Below, piece by piece: positions 49,825-59,765 of a stretch of 64,000 nt of DNA (the stretch's first letter is position 1; each line of letters begins with the position of its first letter). Location: positions 22,305 to 86,304 of the IMG/VR virus record IMGVR_UViG_3300023184_000072; one strand, given 5' to 3'. The notes below the pieces were generated by a model. It was not told where the DNA came from. It made no database searches and worked only from the letters and a program-made list of their open reading frames with translations. Source of the stretch: a virus. The position numbers and the translations under genes are program-made.

Positions 49825-51075
49825 TTATTGAAACCATGAATTAGATTTAGCACCAGTAGTGCCTACAGATGTTTTAGCTTTAGTCACTTGTCTTGCAACT
49901 TCTCCAAATAATTGGTTAGACTGTTTAGTCATACCTGTTCTTTGTATAGTTGATAATGTAGGATCTTTTTCTAACATTTTAAGTAGAAGCCCCACCTTCA
50001 CTTTCATTGCATGGTTTTCTGGTTTTTTCATATCCAGGATAGCACGATCAAAGTCTGTTAGTGTTTCTCCTGTAGGAGTTTTCCACTTGTCAACTAATAA
50101 GAAGTCTTGTAGTTCTGTTGCTAATTTTGGATTGATAGGAATACCATCAAACTCTTTTGCTTTCACCTTATCTTGTAAGATGGATTGCACATTATTTATA
50201 TACTGATTTTTAACAGCTTGTTTTTGTTGTAACTCTTGTTGAGCATTTGATTCCATTTCTTGTAACTTAGCTGCTTCTTTTTTAACTAACACCTTGTGGT
50301 GTTTAGCAGCTACATTCTCAAGATCTCCATAGTTTTTAAGTCTTTCAACTTCTGTTTCTACATCTTCTGGATCAAAACCTTGATTGGCTAAAGCCTGTTT
50401 CATTATTCTAATTTGGTTATCTTCACTTGAAAGATCCATTTCAGCAAAGTTTACCACTTGATTATAAACACCAAAGTAATCTTTTGGATTAACTCCTTTT
50501 ACAAATATGGCATCAAAAGCTTCCTGGTAATCTTCTCCAAATTGTCCTATGAAGTTTTGTACTATTTCACTAGCACCTTTTTTCTTCTCTTCATTAAATC
50601 TTTCTAAGAATTCTTCTGCAGTGGTTACTGGTTCTTGATCTTCATCATCAGATGTAAACACTCCTAGTTTATAAAGATCATTTGCAAGAGCAGTGAATTG
50701 TGTTTCTTCTGGAGCATCATCTGTATTATCTGCATCATCATCAGTTGCAGGTTTTGCAGGTTTTGATACTGGAGGAATATCTTCATCTTCATCTTCATCA
50801 GTGTTATCACCTAAGAAGTTTGATATTAAAGATTGTCCTTTTTCTTTATCATCAGCATCATCATCAACTGGTGTTACCTCTTTACCTTTTGGTACTGCTG
50901 GTTTAGCAGGAGGTGTAGCAGGTTCTGCATCTTTAATAATTGCAGTGACATCTTCTGGGTTAGAAGTAGATGTTTCAGGGGAAAACAAGTCATTCAATAA
51001 TTCTTGATTACCCATTCCCATGTCCATAGTATCTTGGATACTAAAGTTACCCATAGTTTCTAAATTATCAGCCAT
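49825..51075 (-). CDS. Putative scaffolding protein (416 aa)
   Basis: Acidic, disordered N-terminus and coiled coil; lies between portal and MCP. Confidence 0.65.
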   Translation of the reverse strand: MADNLETMGNFSIQDTMDMGMGNQELLNDLFSPETSTSNPEDVTAIIKDAEPATPPAKPAVPKGKEVTPVDDDADDKEKGQSLISNFLGDNTDEDEDEDIPPVSKPAKPATDDDADNTDDAPEETQFTALANDLYKLGVFTSDDEDQEPVTTAEEFLERFNEEKKKGASEIVQNFIGQFGEDYQEAFDAIFVKGVNPKDYFGVYNQVVNFAEMDLSSEDNQIRIMKQALANQGFDPEDVETEVERLKNYGDLENVAAKHHKVLVKKEAAKLQEMESNAQQELQQKQAVKNQYINNVQSILQDKVKAKEFDGIPINPKLATELQDFLLVDKWKTPTGETLTDFDRAILDMKKPENHAMKVKVGLLLKMLEKDPTLSTIQRTGMTKQSNQLFGEVARQVTKAKTSVGTTGAKSNSWFQ

Positions 51076-51108
51076 ATGTAGTTGTATTTATGTTTGGTTT
51101 TATTTATG

Positions 51109-51139
51109 TAAAAGTATAATAAGAGTTTTTAATATCAAA
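51109..51139 (-). promoter_or_regulatory. Bacteroidota-type promoter TTTG-N19-TACTTTTA for the scaffold/MCP operon
   Basis: TAAAAGTA at 51109-51116 and CAAA at 51136-51139. Confidence 0.6.
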
Positions 51140-51218
51140 GAGTTATGTATTAATATCATCCAATTTTCTGGATAATATAGCATTAATATATTTTTCTCCT
51201 CCGAAGAAAAGAAGTTTT

Positions 51219-53804
51219 TTAACCTTTTTTGTTATTTCTACCCTTGGCATTTTCTTTTGCAACAGCAAGATCGTTTGCCATATTTTCTCTAGCCACTTGT
51301 AATTTCTCTTTTTCTATAGACATTTTATCAGTAGCTTGTTTATTTTTAGATTGTAAATCAGCCATCTTAGCTTGGTAGTTTTTAGTGGCTACATCTTGAT
51401 CATGTGCTAATCTACTAACTTCCATTACATCAGGAACAGCATTAGCATTAACATCTTCTGATTCCACTTTACCAAATCCTGTAGCTTGTATAATAGCAAT
51501 CTTCTCTTTAGATAGTCTATCAAGTTCTTTTTGATAATCATCATGAGCCATTTGCTCTGTATGTTGTTGGATGGCAAATTCTTGTGCAGCTTGAGCTTGT
51601 TGTTGTTGAGCTTCTTGCTGTTGTTGAGCAAGTTGTTGAGCTTGTTCTTGTTGAGCAATTTGTCTATCTCTAAGATCTTTAAATGTTTTCTTAAGCTCTC
51701 TTTGAGATTTAGAACTGTATAATTCTACTACATCATAAAGCGTGCCACCATTTTGAATAATAGCTTGAGAAAGTTGTCTAAGTTCATTAAACATTTGTGT
51801 ATCCTCTGGTCTATTAGTTAAGAACACTTTCAAATCACGAAATGATAGATCAGATCCATTCACTTGTACAAATGCAGATTCTCCTTCAGATGTAATATAC
51901 GATAGAGTAGATTGTGGTTTAGCACTCTCTACATATAATGCAGCATCTATAATAGCTTGGTATAATTGTCCCATTACATATTCATGAGCTACAAATAAAG
52001 GCTCTGTTTGAGAATAACTCTGTTGCATAGCAGTGTTAGTACCTGTAGCACTTTCAGAAGCAGAAACAGTACCCATACGTTGTCTAGACATACCTATAAG
52101 TTCCCAACACTCAGCTTTAAGTTGTTGTGCTAATGTATAACGAGATTGTATCTCCTGTGTACGTGTAAGATCAAGAGCTGTAAACTGATTGAATGAACTT
52201 GGAGATTTCATGTTCTCTGGAGAGTCATCAATAAATACCACTCCTCTATTACGTGCTTCCATTTCCCATATATCAAGAGCATCTTGTGCATCTCCATCTT
52301 TAGGTATAGGTATATGACGTAATGACATTAACTGAACCTTACCAACTTCTTTCTCTAGAAGTTTATATAGTTGGTTCATACATACGTTATATAGCACTTG
52401 AAAAGGTTTCATAAGATCTACTAAGCTTTTTGCTTCTGTATTCTTCACCTCATATGTTGTACCTATTATAGGACAATAGTTTAATAACTTATATGGTTTG
52501 ATGTGATAAATGTCTGGACCAATCTTTATTCCTTGATACCATTGGTTAATCCATCCCCATTCTAATGATTGTTGTGTAGGTATAGTTCCTGATTTGTAAT
52601 TCTCGTCAACTAGAGTTGATTGCTCATTACCCATTTCATCTATATAAATAAGCTTACCTATTTTCTTTTTAGAAATCCAATAACTTCTAACAACAACATA
52701 CTTATAACCAAATGAACTTACATTATTAGTTAAGCCTAAAAAGTCTTTTAATCCATCATTGTTCTCTTTCATTTCTGATTCTATAATCATACGTGTTTGT
52801 AACACTAATGGGTCAAATGTATCATACATTACAGAGTCTTGTCCAGGGATAGCATCTGGATTACCTAGATTAGATTCTCTAACATTAATTAATCCATAAT
52901 CTTGTAATGAACTACGTAAGTGGTCAATCTCCTCTTTTGTAAGATCTGGTACGCTTTCAATGATCTCTGAAAGTTCCATAACTTCCACTGTCCCTGCAGC
53001 ATAAGCACCCTGAGCTCTTCCTGTGGGATCTGATATATATTTCCTATCAGGAGTGGTAAGAAACCAAGTGTTCTTTGGGTTAGCCACTTCGATGTTAAAT
53101 CCAAGTTTTGAGTTGTCTTCATATATATGATAAAATTCTCTAGCAGATATTAACATATCTCTAAAGGCATCTTCTGATTTTTCTTTTAAATTAAACTCAG
53201 CTTTTTGACAAGTAAGAACATGATTAGCCCATTTCTCAGCAATAGATGTATAGCTATCTAACTGATCTTTAACTTGTTCCATTGTCATTTGATCTAGTTG
53301 CTCAGGTTCAATTTGTTCTCCTGATATAGCAGCTTTTGTAGCAAGTTGTTGTTTCACTTGATTAATAACATATTGCTGAAGAGTGTCTGTTTTAAACTGA
53401 AGCTCTTCTGCCTTACTATCATCATCAAAAGCTTTCACTCTGAATGTATCAGGTCTTTTAGATATTTCTCCTACCAACTCATTTACAGGAGTGGTGATAA
53501 TAGAATACATCTTTACATAAGCAGGAAGCTCTAGATCAGATGTAAGTACATCTGTAAAGCTTCTCACTTCTGGTTCTTGATAGAAATCTTCCATACGAAG
53601 AATTCCTTTCATAAGATCATAATTCTTAACAAATGTATCTCTGTTCTTTACATACTCAGCGTATGCTTTGTTTGAGAAATAATCCATTGTATTCTTTATC
53701 CAACTCTCATCTTGCTTTTCTTTCTCTGTCTTGAACTGATCAGGGAATATATTCAGATAAGCGTATCTGATAGTTGCATCTTTTGTATATCTAATTATTG
53801 CCAT
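51219..53804 (-). CDS. Portal protein (861 aa)
   Basis: Follows terminase; SLVDLMKPFQVLYN motif and Gln-rich C-terminal coiled coil. Confidence 0.85.
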   Translation of the reverse strand: MAIIRYTKDATIRYAYLNIFPDQFKTEKEKQDESWIKNTMDYFSNKAYAEYVKNRDTFVKNYDLMKGILRMEDFYQEPEVRSFTDVLTSDLELPAYVKMYSIITTPVNELVGEISKRPDTFRVKAFDDDSKAEELQFKTDTLQQYVINQVKQQLATKAAISGEQIEPEQLDQMTMEQVKDQLDSYTSIAEKWANHVLTCQKAEFNLKEKSEDAFRDMLISAREFYHIYEDNSKLGFNIEVANPKNTWFLTTPDRKYISDPTGRAQGAYAAGTVEVMELSEIIESVPDLTKEEIDHLRSSLQDYGLINVRESNLGNPDAIPGQDSVMYDTFDPLVLQTRMIIESEMKENNDGLKDFLGLTNNVSSFGYKYVVVRSYWISKKKIGKLIYIDEMGNEQSTLVDENYKSGTIPTQQSLEWGWINQWYQGIKIGPDIYHIKPYKLLNYCPIIGTTYEVKNTEAKSLVDLMKPFQVLYNVCMNQLYKLLEKEVGKVQLMSLRHIPIPKDGDAQDALDIWEMEARNRGVVFIDDSPENMKSPSSFNQFTALDLTRTQEIQSRYTLAQQLKAECWELIGMSRQRMGTVSASESATGTNTAMQQSYSQTEPLFVAHEYVMGQLYQAIIDAALYVESAKPQSTLSYITSEGESAFVQVNGSDLSFRDLKVFLTNRPEDTQMFNELRQLSQAIIQNGGTLYDVVELYSSKSQRELKKTFKDLRDRQIAQQEQAQQLAQQQQEAQQQQAQAAQEFAIQQHTEQMAHDDYQKELDRLSKEKIAIIQATGFGKVESEDVNANAVPDVMEVSRLAHDQDVATKNYQAKMADLQSKNKQATDKMSIEKEKLQVARENMANDLAVAKENAKGRNNKKG

Positions 53805-55828
53805 TATGTAAATAATTTATTTCTTGGTGTGTTAAACATTGATCTGCTTTCTGTAAACAGTGTCTTCTTTTTATTTTTTGTGAACATTGATTTCATTCTT
53901 ACATCTTGTTCTCCTCCTATTTTTCCCATAATGGGATCTAGTTTCATAGCAAGAGCTATTGCAAGTTCTGCAGCAATAATTCTATCAAAGTTACCTTGTT
54001 CATTATACTGAATCATTTCTTCTAGTAGAACAGGATCAAACATCTTTGACATTCCTTTTATCTCTGATATGATATTACCATCTTCATCCTTCTCTACATG
54101 TATAGCTTCTTCTGAATACTTCTTAAGACATCCATGTAAGAAGTCTCGTATTTTCTCAGAAGATCTATGTATTCCATAATCTCTTCTAACTGTTGTATTA
54201 GGAACTATTTCTTTTAACCAATCTGGTTGTCTTTCTAAATAATGCGCATCTCCTTTAGCTATCATATAATCAATAAACGAGATTTCGTCATTCTCACATA
54301 GAGCTCTAGCATTATAATACTTTATTAGATATCTAGCTTGTTCTTCCCATGTTTCTTTCTTATCTGGTCTAGCACAATAGCTAGCTACAAACATATCTTG
54401 ATACTTCTCTCCAGAAATAGCATGCATACGTTTGTATATATAGACAGATCCTAATGAACTTGAATATGCAGATTTACCTTGTCTATAAGGGTCAATCCCT
54501 GCAACATATAATCCATATGGAGGAGATTCAATTGGAAACTCATATATCACTACAGGAGCATCTTTGTTATCACTATTCTTTAATGGAAAGTTTGATATAG
54601 GAAGTTTATCTGTAAACTCATGTCTTACTCCTTGGCCATCATCATAAAGAACAACAGGTGTTCCTGTTCTTTCTTGATTTAATAGTCTAGCTTTCTGACG
54701 TTTAGCTGCTTCTATATCAAATATGTTTGTATCTTCATTTAAGAATATATCATCCACCTCTTGTGGGTAATACATCTTCTCTTTTAAATAAGCTAGTCTA
54801 TCACCAGCTTTCTTTAATCTTTCAAGATTGTCATTTGTAATCTTATCTGCCTTATCTTGATTAGAGACTAACATCTTTACATTATGTAGCTCAGATTCTT
54901 TTGGTTGTTCTAAATAAGCTCCTAAAGAAGATTCTTCTTTAGCTTCCATTCTATATTTATGGGAGATAAATAGTCCATGGATTCTTTGATCATCTTTAGC
55001 ACTATTGTATTCTAGGAAGTTAAAATTCTGTACATCGAACATTAAACTCTTTGCATCCATGAAATTCTGCATATCTCCACCTGTACCTGTAAGAATTGGA
55101 GAACAGCCCCAACCAAATGGTGTTGTAAATCCTGGTGTTGCAGCTTGTAGTCCTCTCAAGAAATTACCCTTACCTATCTCATCAATAATAAGCCTTCTTG
55201 GTTTTGTACCTGCAATAGCTTCCTCATTGTTACCACCATCTAAGTTACGAATAAGGATCTGAGAAAAGGGGATTCTCTCTCCTGCTTTTGTCTTGATCCC
55301 TAAAGTAACTTGGTTTTTCCAATTGTCTTCTACCCTCTGCCATCTCCATGCTTCTGGTAAGAAGTTTAATCCTTTGTCAATCTTATCTGTGATAAGCTTT
55401 ATATCAGGAGCATTCAATCCTGCAATAATGTTCTGGGAGTTCTCATCGAACGTTGCACCATGACCTATGTAGGAACTCTCAATTACTGACTTAGCCAAAC
55501 GTCTAATACCTAGTATTACTAGGCCTTTCTTTTCTGTATGTGCTCTATCTATTTCGTTTGTAATAATCCATTCGTTATCACGTAGATATGGGTTAGCATA
55601 TTTCTGTGATATACGTCCTCTATCATCTATCATATCCACTTCTGTATTCCAGAAGTTCAAATGCCAATATAAGAAAGGATTGATATATACACCACCCATT
55701 GTACAACCATCAATACATAGTTGTTTATGGTAGGCATAGAATGCTTTATATTCATCTGAGTCTTTTTGAGGAACTCTCTTCTGATTTATAAACCAATCTT
55801 TATAATCAATACTTTGTAGGCCTTCCAT
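53804..55828 (-). CDS. terL: Terminase large subunit (674 aa)
   Basis: Walker A-like GIRRLAKS, Walker B LIIDEIG, TGTGG, RNase H-like nuclease AGIDPY..GNFDR. Confidence 0.92.
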   Translation of the reverse strand: MEGLQSIDYKDWFINQKRVPQKDSDEYKAFYAYHKQLCIDGCTMGGVYINPFLYWHLNFWNTEVDMIDDRGRISQKYANPYLRDNEWIITNEIDRAHTEKKGLVILGIRRLAKSVIESSYIGHGATFDENSQNIIAGLNAPDIKLITDKIDKGLNFLPEAWRWQRVEDNWKNQVTLGIKTKAGERIPFSQILIRNLDGGNNEEAIAGTKPRRLIIDEIGKGNFLRGLQAATPGFTTPFGWGCSPILTGTGGDMQNFMDAKSLMFDVQNFNFLEYNSAKDDQRIHGLFISHKYRMEAKEESSLGAYLEQPKESELHNVKMLVSNQDKADKITNDNLERLKKAGDRLAYLKEKMYYPQEVDDIFLNEDTNIFDIEAAKRQKARLLNQERTGTPVVLYDDGQGVRHEFTDKLPISNFPLKNSDNKDAPVVIYEFPIESPPYGLYVAGIDPYRQGKSAYSSSLGSVYIYKRMHAISGEKYQDMFVASYCARPDKKETWEEQARYLIKYYNARALCENDEISFIDYMIAKGDAHYLERQPDWLKEIVPNTTVRRDYGIHRSSEKIRDFLHGCLKKYSEEAIHVEKDEDGNIISEIKGMSKMFDPVLLEEMIQYNEQGNFDRIIAAELAIALAMKLDPIMGKIGGEQDVRMKSMFTKNKKKTLFTESRSMFNTPRNKLFT

Positions 55829-56160
55829 TATTTTCTACCCTTTAAGAAATCTTCAGCCATACTTCCAAGCTCAACACCACCTCTAACAGGCACCACCTTT
55901 GCTTCTTCTTTCTCACGTAGTTTCTCAACTTGTTCAAGAAGAGCTAAATAGTTCTTCATTGTCTCTTGTACAAACTTACCTTGAGCTTCAATACTTGCAA
56001 TCACCATAGGCATAGCACCACCAGCTTTGGTTTCTTTCCATTTGATTCTATCCTCTAATGTGTGTAAGGGATTAGCATCAACGTATTGTTTCCAGCTTGA
56101 TAATTGTTCTTCAGCCCAATCAAGTTCTGTATTTATGTATGTAGTTTTCTTTATTGCCAT
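55828..56160 (-). CDS. Possible terminase small subunit (110 aa)
   Basis: Immediately upstream of terL, helical, ends VRGG.. Confidence 0.45.
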   Translation of the reverse strand: MAIKKTTYINTELDWAEEQLSSWKQYVDANPLHTLEDRIKWKETKAGGAMPMVIASIEAQGKFVQETMKNYLALLEQVEKLREKEEAKVVPVRGGVELGSMAEDFLKGRK

Positions 56161-56171
56161 TGTGTTTGTTT

Positions 56172-56435
56172 TTAGTCTTCCTCCTCTTCGAACAATGTTC
56201 TCTCCAAATTCATGCCATCTTTTATTATCTCCTCTATTTCATCTGTATGAGCATGATCTATATTAAGCTCTATCTCATACTTCTGTATAGCATATAACAT
56301 CTCTCTATCATCTAGGCCCCATAGATTAGATTCATCCAATGCTGTGGCAAGATGTCTTCCCATATTATATGTGGGATGAGCTTTATGTAAACGATCTAAA
56401 GCTTTTAGTATTTGGCGATAATAGTTTGGCTTCAT
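56172..56435 (-). CDS. Hypothetical protein (87 aa)
   Basis: ORF in a tightly overlapping operon. Confidence 0.7.
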   Translation of the reverse strand: MKPNYYRQILKALDRLHKAHPTYNMGRHLATALDESNLWGLDDREMLYAIQKYEIELNIDHAHTDEIEEIIKDGMNLERTLFEEEED

Positions 56436-56713
56436 ATAAGATCATTTATATCTTCTTCAGAAAGACTTATGTTTGTATTCTTTTTGTTTTCATAAACATC
56501 TTCCTCATCACCATCTTCTGTAAAATCTATCTCTATCTTTCTCATAGTGTCTAGATCTTCAGAGATGTATTCAGGTTTCACCGTTATCTTCATTTGATCT
56601 GGTTCATTTGTCTCTGTTGATTCAGCTGTTATATCAATATAATCAGCACCTCCATCATATAGATCTGCTAACAAATTAATAAGGCTTTCTAAAGGAATTT
56701 TACGTAGTCTCAT
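56432..56713 (-). CDS. Hypothetical acidic protein (93 aa)
   Basis: ORF in operon. Confidence 0.7.
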   Translation of the reverse strand: MRLRKIPLESLINLLADLYDGGADYIDITAESTETNEPDQMKITVKPEYISEDLDTMRKIEIDFTEDGDEEDVYENKKNTNISLSEEDINDLI

Positions 56714-56963
56714 CTGGTATAGATTCAGGAAGCCATTTCTTCAATGGACATTCACATGTTAAACATTTTGTTTTTGCAGAGAGTGTACATCCACATTCTG
56801 TGCAATGTACATCAGGTCTCATTGTTTTATGTTTCGTAGAAACATGTTCACATTCATTACATATAGCCATTCTTGAAAGACTAACATGTTCTATAAAAGC
56901 TTTCTTTCTTTCTTCAGGAAGAAGATGATTCTTCCATCCCTCTATCACTTGCGCTATCTTCAT
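56700..56963 (-). CDS. Zn-finger-like protein (87 aa)
   Basis: R..ICNECEH..CTECGC..KT.CL.CECPLKKW. Confidence 0.7.
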   Translation of the reverse strand: MKIAQVIEGWKNHLLPEERKKAFIEHVSLSRMAICNECEHVSTKHKTMRPDVHCTECGCTLSAKTKCLTCECPLKKWLPESIPDETT

Positions 56964-57303
56964 TTGTTTTTGGTTTTAATGAATATATACTAGTTGCTAT
57001 TATTTTTAATTTTAATTCAACAGCATCTCTTTTTGCTGGTGTAATGTTTTCATCTAGAAGCATATTCTTATACGCTTGTTCAATAGCCAACAACTTATTA
57101 TAATGTGTAATAGCTTTCTTTGTGTTAAATAAAAACTTACCAAACCCAGAAATTTCAACACTCTTATGTATGTTTACAGCATCATGTGCAGAATCAAATT
57201 GATGTGTAACAACAGCATCAATTATCTTCTCTGATATCACCATGTTGATTGACATCTTTTTTATTATCCACTCCTTCACTGACATTGATTGTGGCTTCTC
57301 CAT
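56914..57303 (-). CDS. HU/IHF-like DNA-binding protein (129 aa)
   Basis: SVEISGFGKF motif. Confidence 0.65.
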   Translation of the reverse strand: MEKPQSMSVKEWIIKKMSINMVISEKIIDAVVTHQFDSAHDAVNIHKSVEISGFGKFLFNTKKAITHYNKLLAIEQAYKNMLLDENITPAKRDAVELKLKIIATSIYSLKPKTNEDSASDRGMEESSSS

Positions 57304-57634
57304 GTATTAGTTTTATATCTAACGTTAAATCTTTAGTGAAATCTATAGAGATGATTGGATTCACCTTCACCTTTCCATTCTCCTTAATAAATATACCCAC
57401 CTTCTTCAGTTTACTGATGATGTTGTTTATAGAAGGAGATGTACTATTATATGTCTTACAGAATTCTTCTCTTACATTAGCATATGTAATGTTTCCTTTA
57501 ATAGCTGTAAAAGAAATAAGTTGTATTTCTCTCTCTGTAAGATGTAGATTGTTTATAGAAGATAATACACTATAATATGTCATAGCTAATTCTATGTCAC
57601 TATCAACTATCTTCTTAAGTCTTTGTACTATCAT
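57218..57634 (-). CDS. Winged-helix DNA-binding protein (138 aa)
   Basis: LTEREIQL..SINNIISKLKKVGIFIK..VKVNP. Confidence 0.6.
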   Translation of the reverse strand: MIVQRLKKIVDSDIELAMTYYSVLSSINNLHLTEREIQLISFTAIKGNITYANVREEFCKTYNSTSPSINNIISKLKKVGIFIKENGKVKVNPIISIDFTKDLTLDIKLIHGEATINVSEGVDNKKDVNQHGDIREDN

Positions 57635-57653
57635 AATTTAGTTTTAATACTGA

Positions 57654-57806
57654 CAAAGATATATAATAAAAATATATAAAATACATATATAGAAGAAATA
57701 TTTTATTCCTATGCTATATTATGAAAACTTTTTTATATAGATCTATATAGAAGACCAAGCCCAACCACCGCCCCAAAGGTATAACATAATTCTTATACTT
57801 TCCAAA
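57654..57806 (-). promoter_or_regulatory. Two leftward Bacteroidota-type promoters at the head of the late module
   Basis: TATCTTTG at 57654-57661; TTTG-N21-TACCTTTG at 57774-57806. Confidence 0.6.
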
Positions 57807-57955
57807 CTTTTTTAAAATTTTTTTTTCCAAAATTTAGAAACCCTTTGTGTATGTGGGAATGTTGACCACTCCATATCAAGACCCCCCATACAATTTGAGA
57901 GATTGGGGTACTCCCCCATGCTTCTAATAGGTCTAACCATAATCTAAAACTAAAG

Positions 57956-58087
57956 ATGCAAAAAGAAATTAAAGCAGTAGGTATGCTTCACATTCCTGGA
58001 AAGAATGACAAGCAGTGGAAAGAATACTTGAAAGAAAATAAAAAGAAACAACAAGTAAAGAATAATCTATGGTATCATCTACCGTAG
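57956..58087 (+). CDS. Small basic protein, 43 aa (absent from the ORF track)
   Basis: MQKEIKAVGMLHIPGKNDKQWKEYLKENKKKQQVKNNLWYHLP; A-rich leader. Confidence 0.5.
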   Translation: MQKEIKAVGMLHIPGKNDKQWKEYLKENKKKQQVKNNLWYHLP

Positions 58088-58321
58088 GTTATTCTTATCT
58101 ATCTATATTATACATATCATATAGGCTTACTCTGTCAATCCGAATAGTAATTAAATCCTTGATAAGGTAAGAGGTTGAATGATACCTCAAAGATTACAGA
58201 GGTCATAGGAGTGAGTCTTTCTTTCAAAACCAATGGACTGTAGGGTTCCATCCCAAAACCCTTTCAACAATCGGAGTGTAAGACTCAATATAAATTCATT
58301 TAATTAAAAACAGAAACAAAA

Positions 58322-58723
58322 ATGAAAAGTTTAAAAGTAACTCGTGGTGCTTTCTCTAAAGCAGGTAATCTAATGTTAATGGACAAAGCAAGAAAGGCTT
58401 ACTTCTGTCCAAAGAGTATTGTAACAGAAAATGGTTGGTCAAAAATTGAAGACGTAACATTTCCTCTTTACATCAATGTGAGTGAATTCACTTACAACAA
58501 TCTTGATGATAATGGTAATCCATTATTGAATGCTGACGGTACTAACAACACATTCACAAGAGAAGACGTGATAGACGTGTTCACAAGTGCTCAGGAATTG
58601 GCTGATGATTATGCTGATGATTTCTCATTAGAAATCTTAAAGAAACAAGCAGTGAAATCTACAGCAAGTAGTGCAGGATTAACAGAATCTAATGTTAATG
58701 CTTTATTAGAACTTGCAATCTAA
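58322..58723 (+). CDS. Hypothetical protein (133 aa), probably highly expressed
   Basis: A-rich leader, biased codons, followed by a terminator. Confidence 0.8.
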   Translation: MKSLKVTRGAFSKAGNLMLMDKARKAYFCPKSIVTENGWSKIEDVTFPLYINVSEFTYNNLDDNGNPLLNADGTNNTFTREDVIDVFTSAQELADDYADDFSLEILKKQAVKSTASSAGLTESNVNALLELAI

Positions 58724-58731
58724 TACCTATA

Positions 58732-58763
58732 ATAAGCCTGTTCTTAATTGAGCAGGCTTTATT
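58732..58763 (+). terminator. Intrinsic terminator
   Basis: AAGCCTGTTC-TTAATT-GAGCAGGCTTT. Confidence 0.7.
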
Positions 58764-59028
58764 ATTATATATAGGGTGGGATAAAAAATGAAATTAGGGG
58801 GTTTGGGTGATTAACTTTGCAAAACTTTCTTCCTTATATATATGTATAAAACTTTTTACGAGGGAGAAAAAAACTTTTTTAAAGCTAAATGCTTGATAAT
58901 CAACTATAATTTATTTTTGTAGAAGTTTTTCTTGAGTGTAAAAGAATAGCAGTGTGTACCTCTACACTATAATAAAGCATAAATAACAAAATAGAAGATC
59001 AACAAACTAACACATTATATATAGCATT

Positions 59029-59217
59029 ATGAAACAATTAACCTATGCAGAGATAGAACTATTACAATATGCATTGAAAGTATGTATGTTTGAGACTGGT
59101 AGTGAAAGTAAAGACTTATTATCATTAAAGAATAAACTTATTGCAATGAGAGCTCAATTAGAATATCCTCGTAGTAATATAGATCTTTCTCCTGAAGAGA
59201 TTAATAACTCTTTATAG
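59029..59217 (+). CDS. Hypothetical protein (62 aa)
   Basis: ORF followed by a GGGCTC..GGGCCC-TTT hairpin. Confidence 0.65.
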   Translation: MKQLTYAEIELLQYALKVCMFETGSESKDLLSLKNKLIAMRAQLEYPRSNIDLSPEEINNSL

Positions 59218-59413
59218 AATAATTATGGGCTCTTCTTAGGGCCCTTTATAATACAATTACTTGATGCACTAGATAGTAATGGTTGAATGTATGTGCAAAT
59301 GAGTATTCCTTGCTTATAACAAAAATTAGGAAAACAATCAACTACCAACAGATGATTGGTGTAGTTTAGAAGAGCGTTAAAGGAGATAACACATGCTATA
59401 GTTGATTTAATAA

Positions 59414-59607
59414 AAAACTCAATAACTTTCTAAGATGTTGAAGACACCAGTTTCTTTGATAAGAATTAACAGTTGATGAAGAGCAAGTACTCATCAAATT
59501 ACATGATATTAAGAATGTAGTGATACAAGGGCTAGAATACAAGCTTTCTTTAAATGAAATCCTCTACTATGTATCTTAATATGTGATGTAATATATATCA
59601 GAGTTTT
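59414..59607 (+). ncRNA. Candidate structured non-coding RNA (strand uncertain)
   Basis: Nested helices in an intergenic gap lacking ORFs of 60 aa or more; see findings. Confidence 0.45.
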
Positions 59608-59642
59608 AGGTGTAAAACACAAATCCTTTAATAACAAACATT

Positions 59643-59762
59643 ATGAAACATTTTAAAACTTATGCTCTTGTAGCATTATTATTTATTGCTCTTACATTAG
59701 AGAGCTGTGCATCCAAATGTGCAAGAAGTAGAAACTATTGGTCTAATCATAGATGTGTATAA
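59643..59762 (+). CDS. Small lipoprotein, 39 aa (absent from the ORF track)
   Basis: MKHFKTYALVALLFIALTLES-C: signal peptide II and lipobox. Confidence 0.7.
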   Translation: MKHFKTYALVALLFIALTLESCASKCARSRNYWSNHRCV

Positions 59763-59765
59763 ATC

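Noticed and set aside
48226-55828. Introns or inteins in terminase, portal or MCP
   Set aside because: ORFs are continuous and of normal size, with no intein motifs seen
322-57575. Many plus-strand ORFs in the track, including the Val-rich 41447-41833 and 43820-44155
   Set aside because: Antisense shadows of real minus-strand genes; poly-Val is the reverse complement of poly-Thr
686-57634. Stop-codon reassignment, as in some crAss-like phages
   Set aside because: Genes are full length in the standard code, and TAG/TGA act as real stops (e.g. 18420, 210, 5749)
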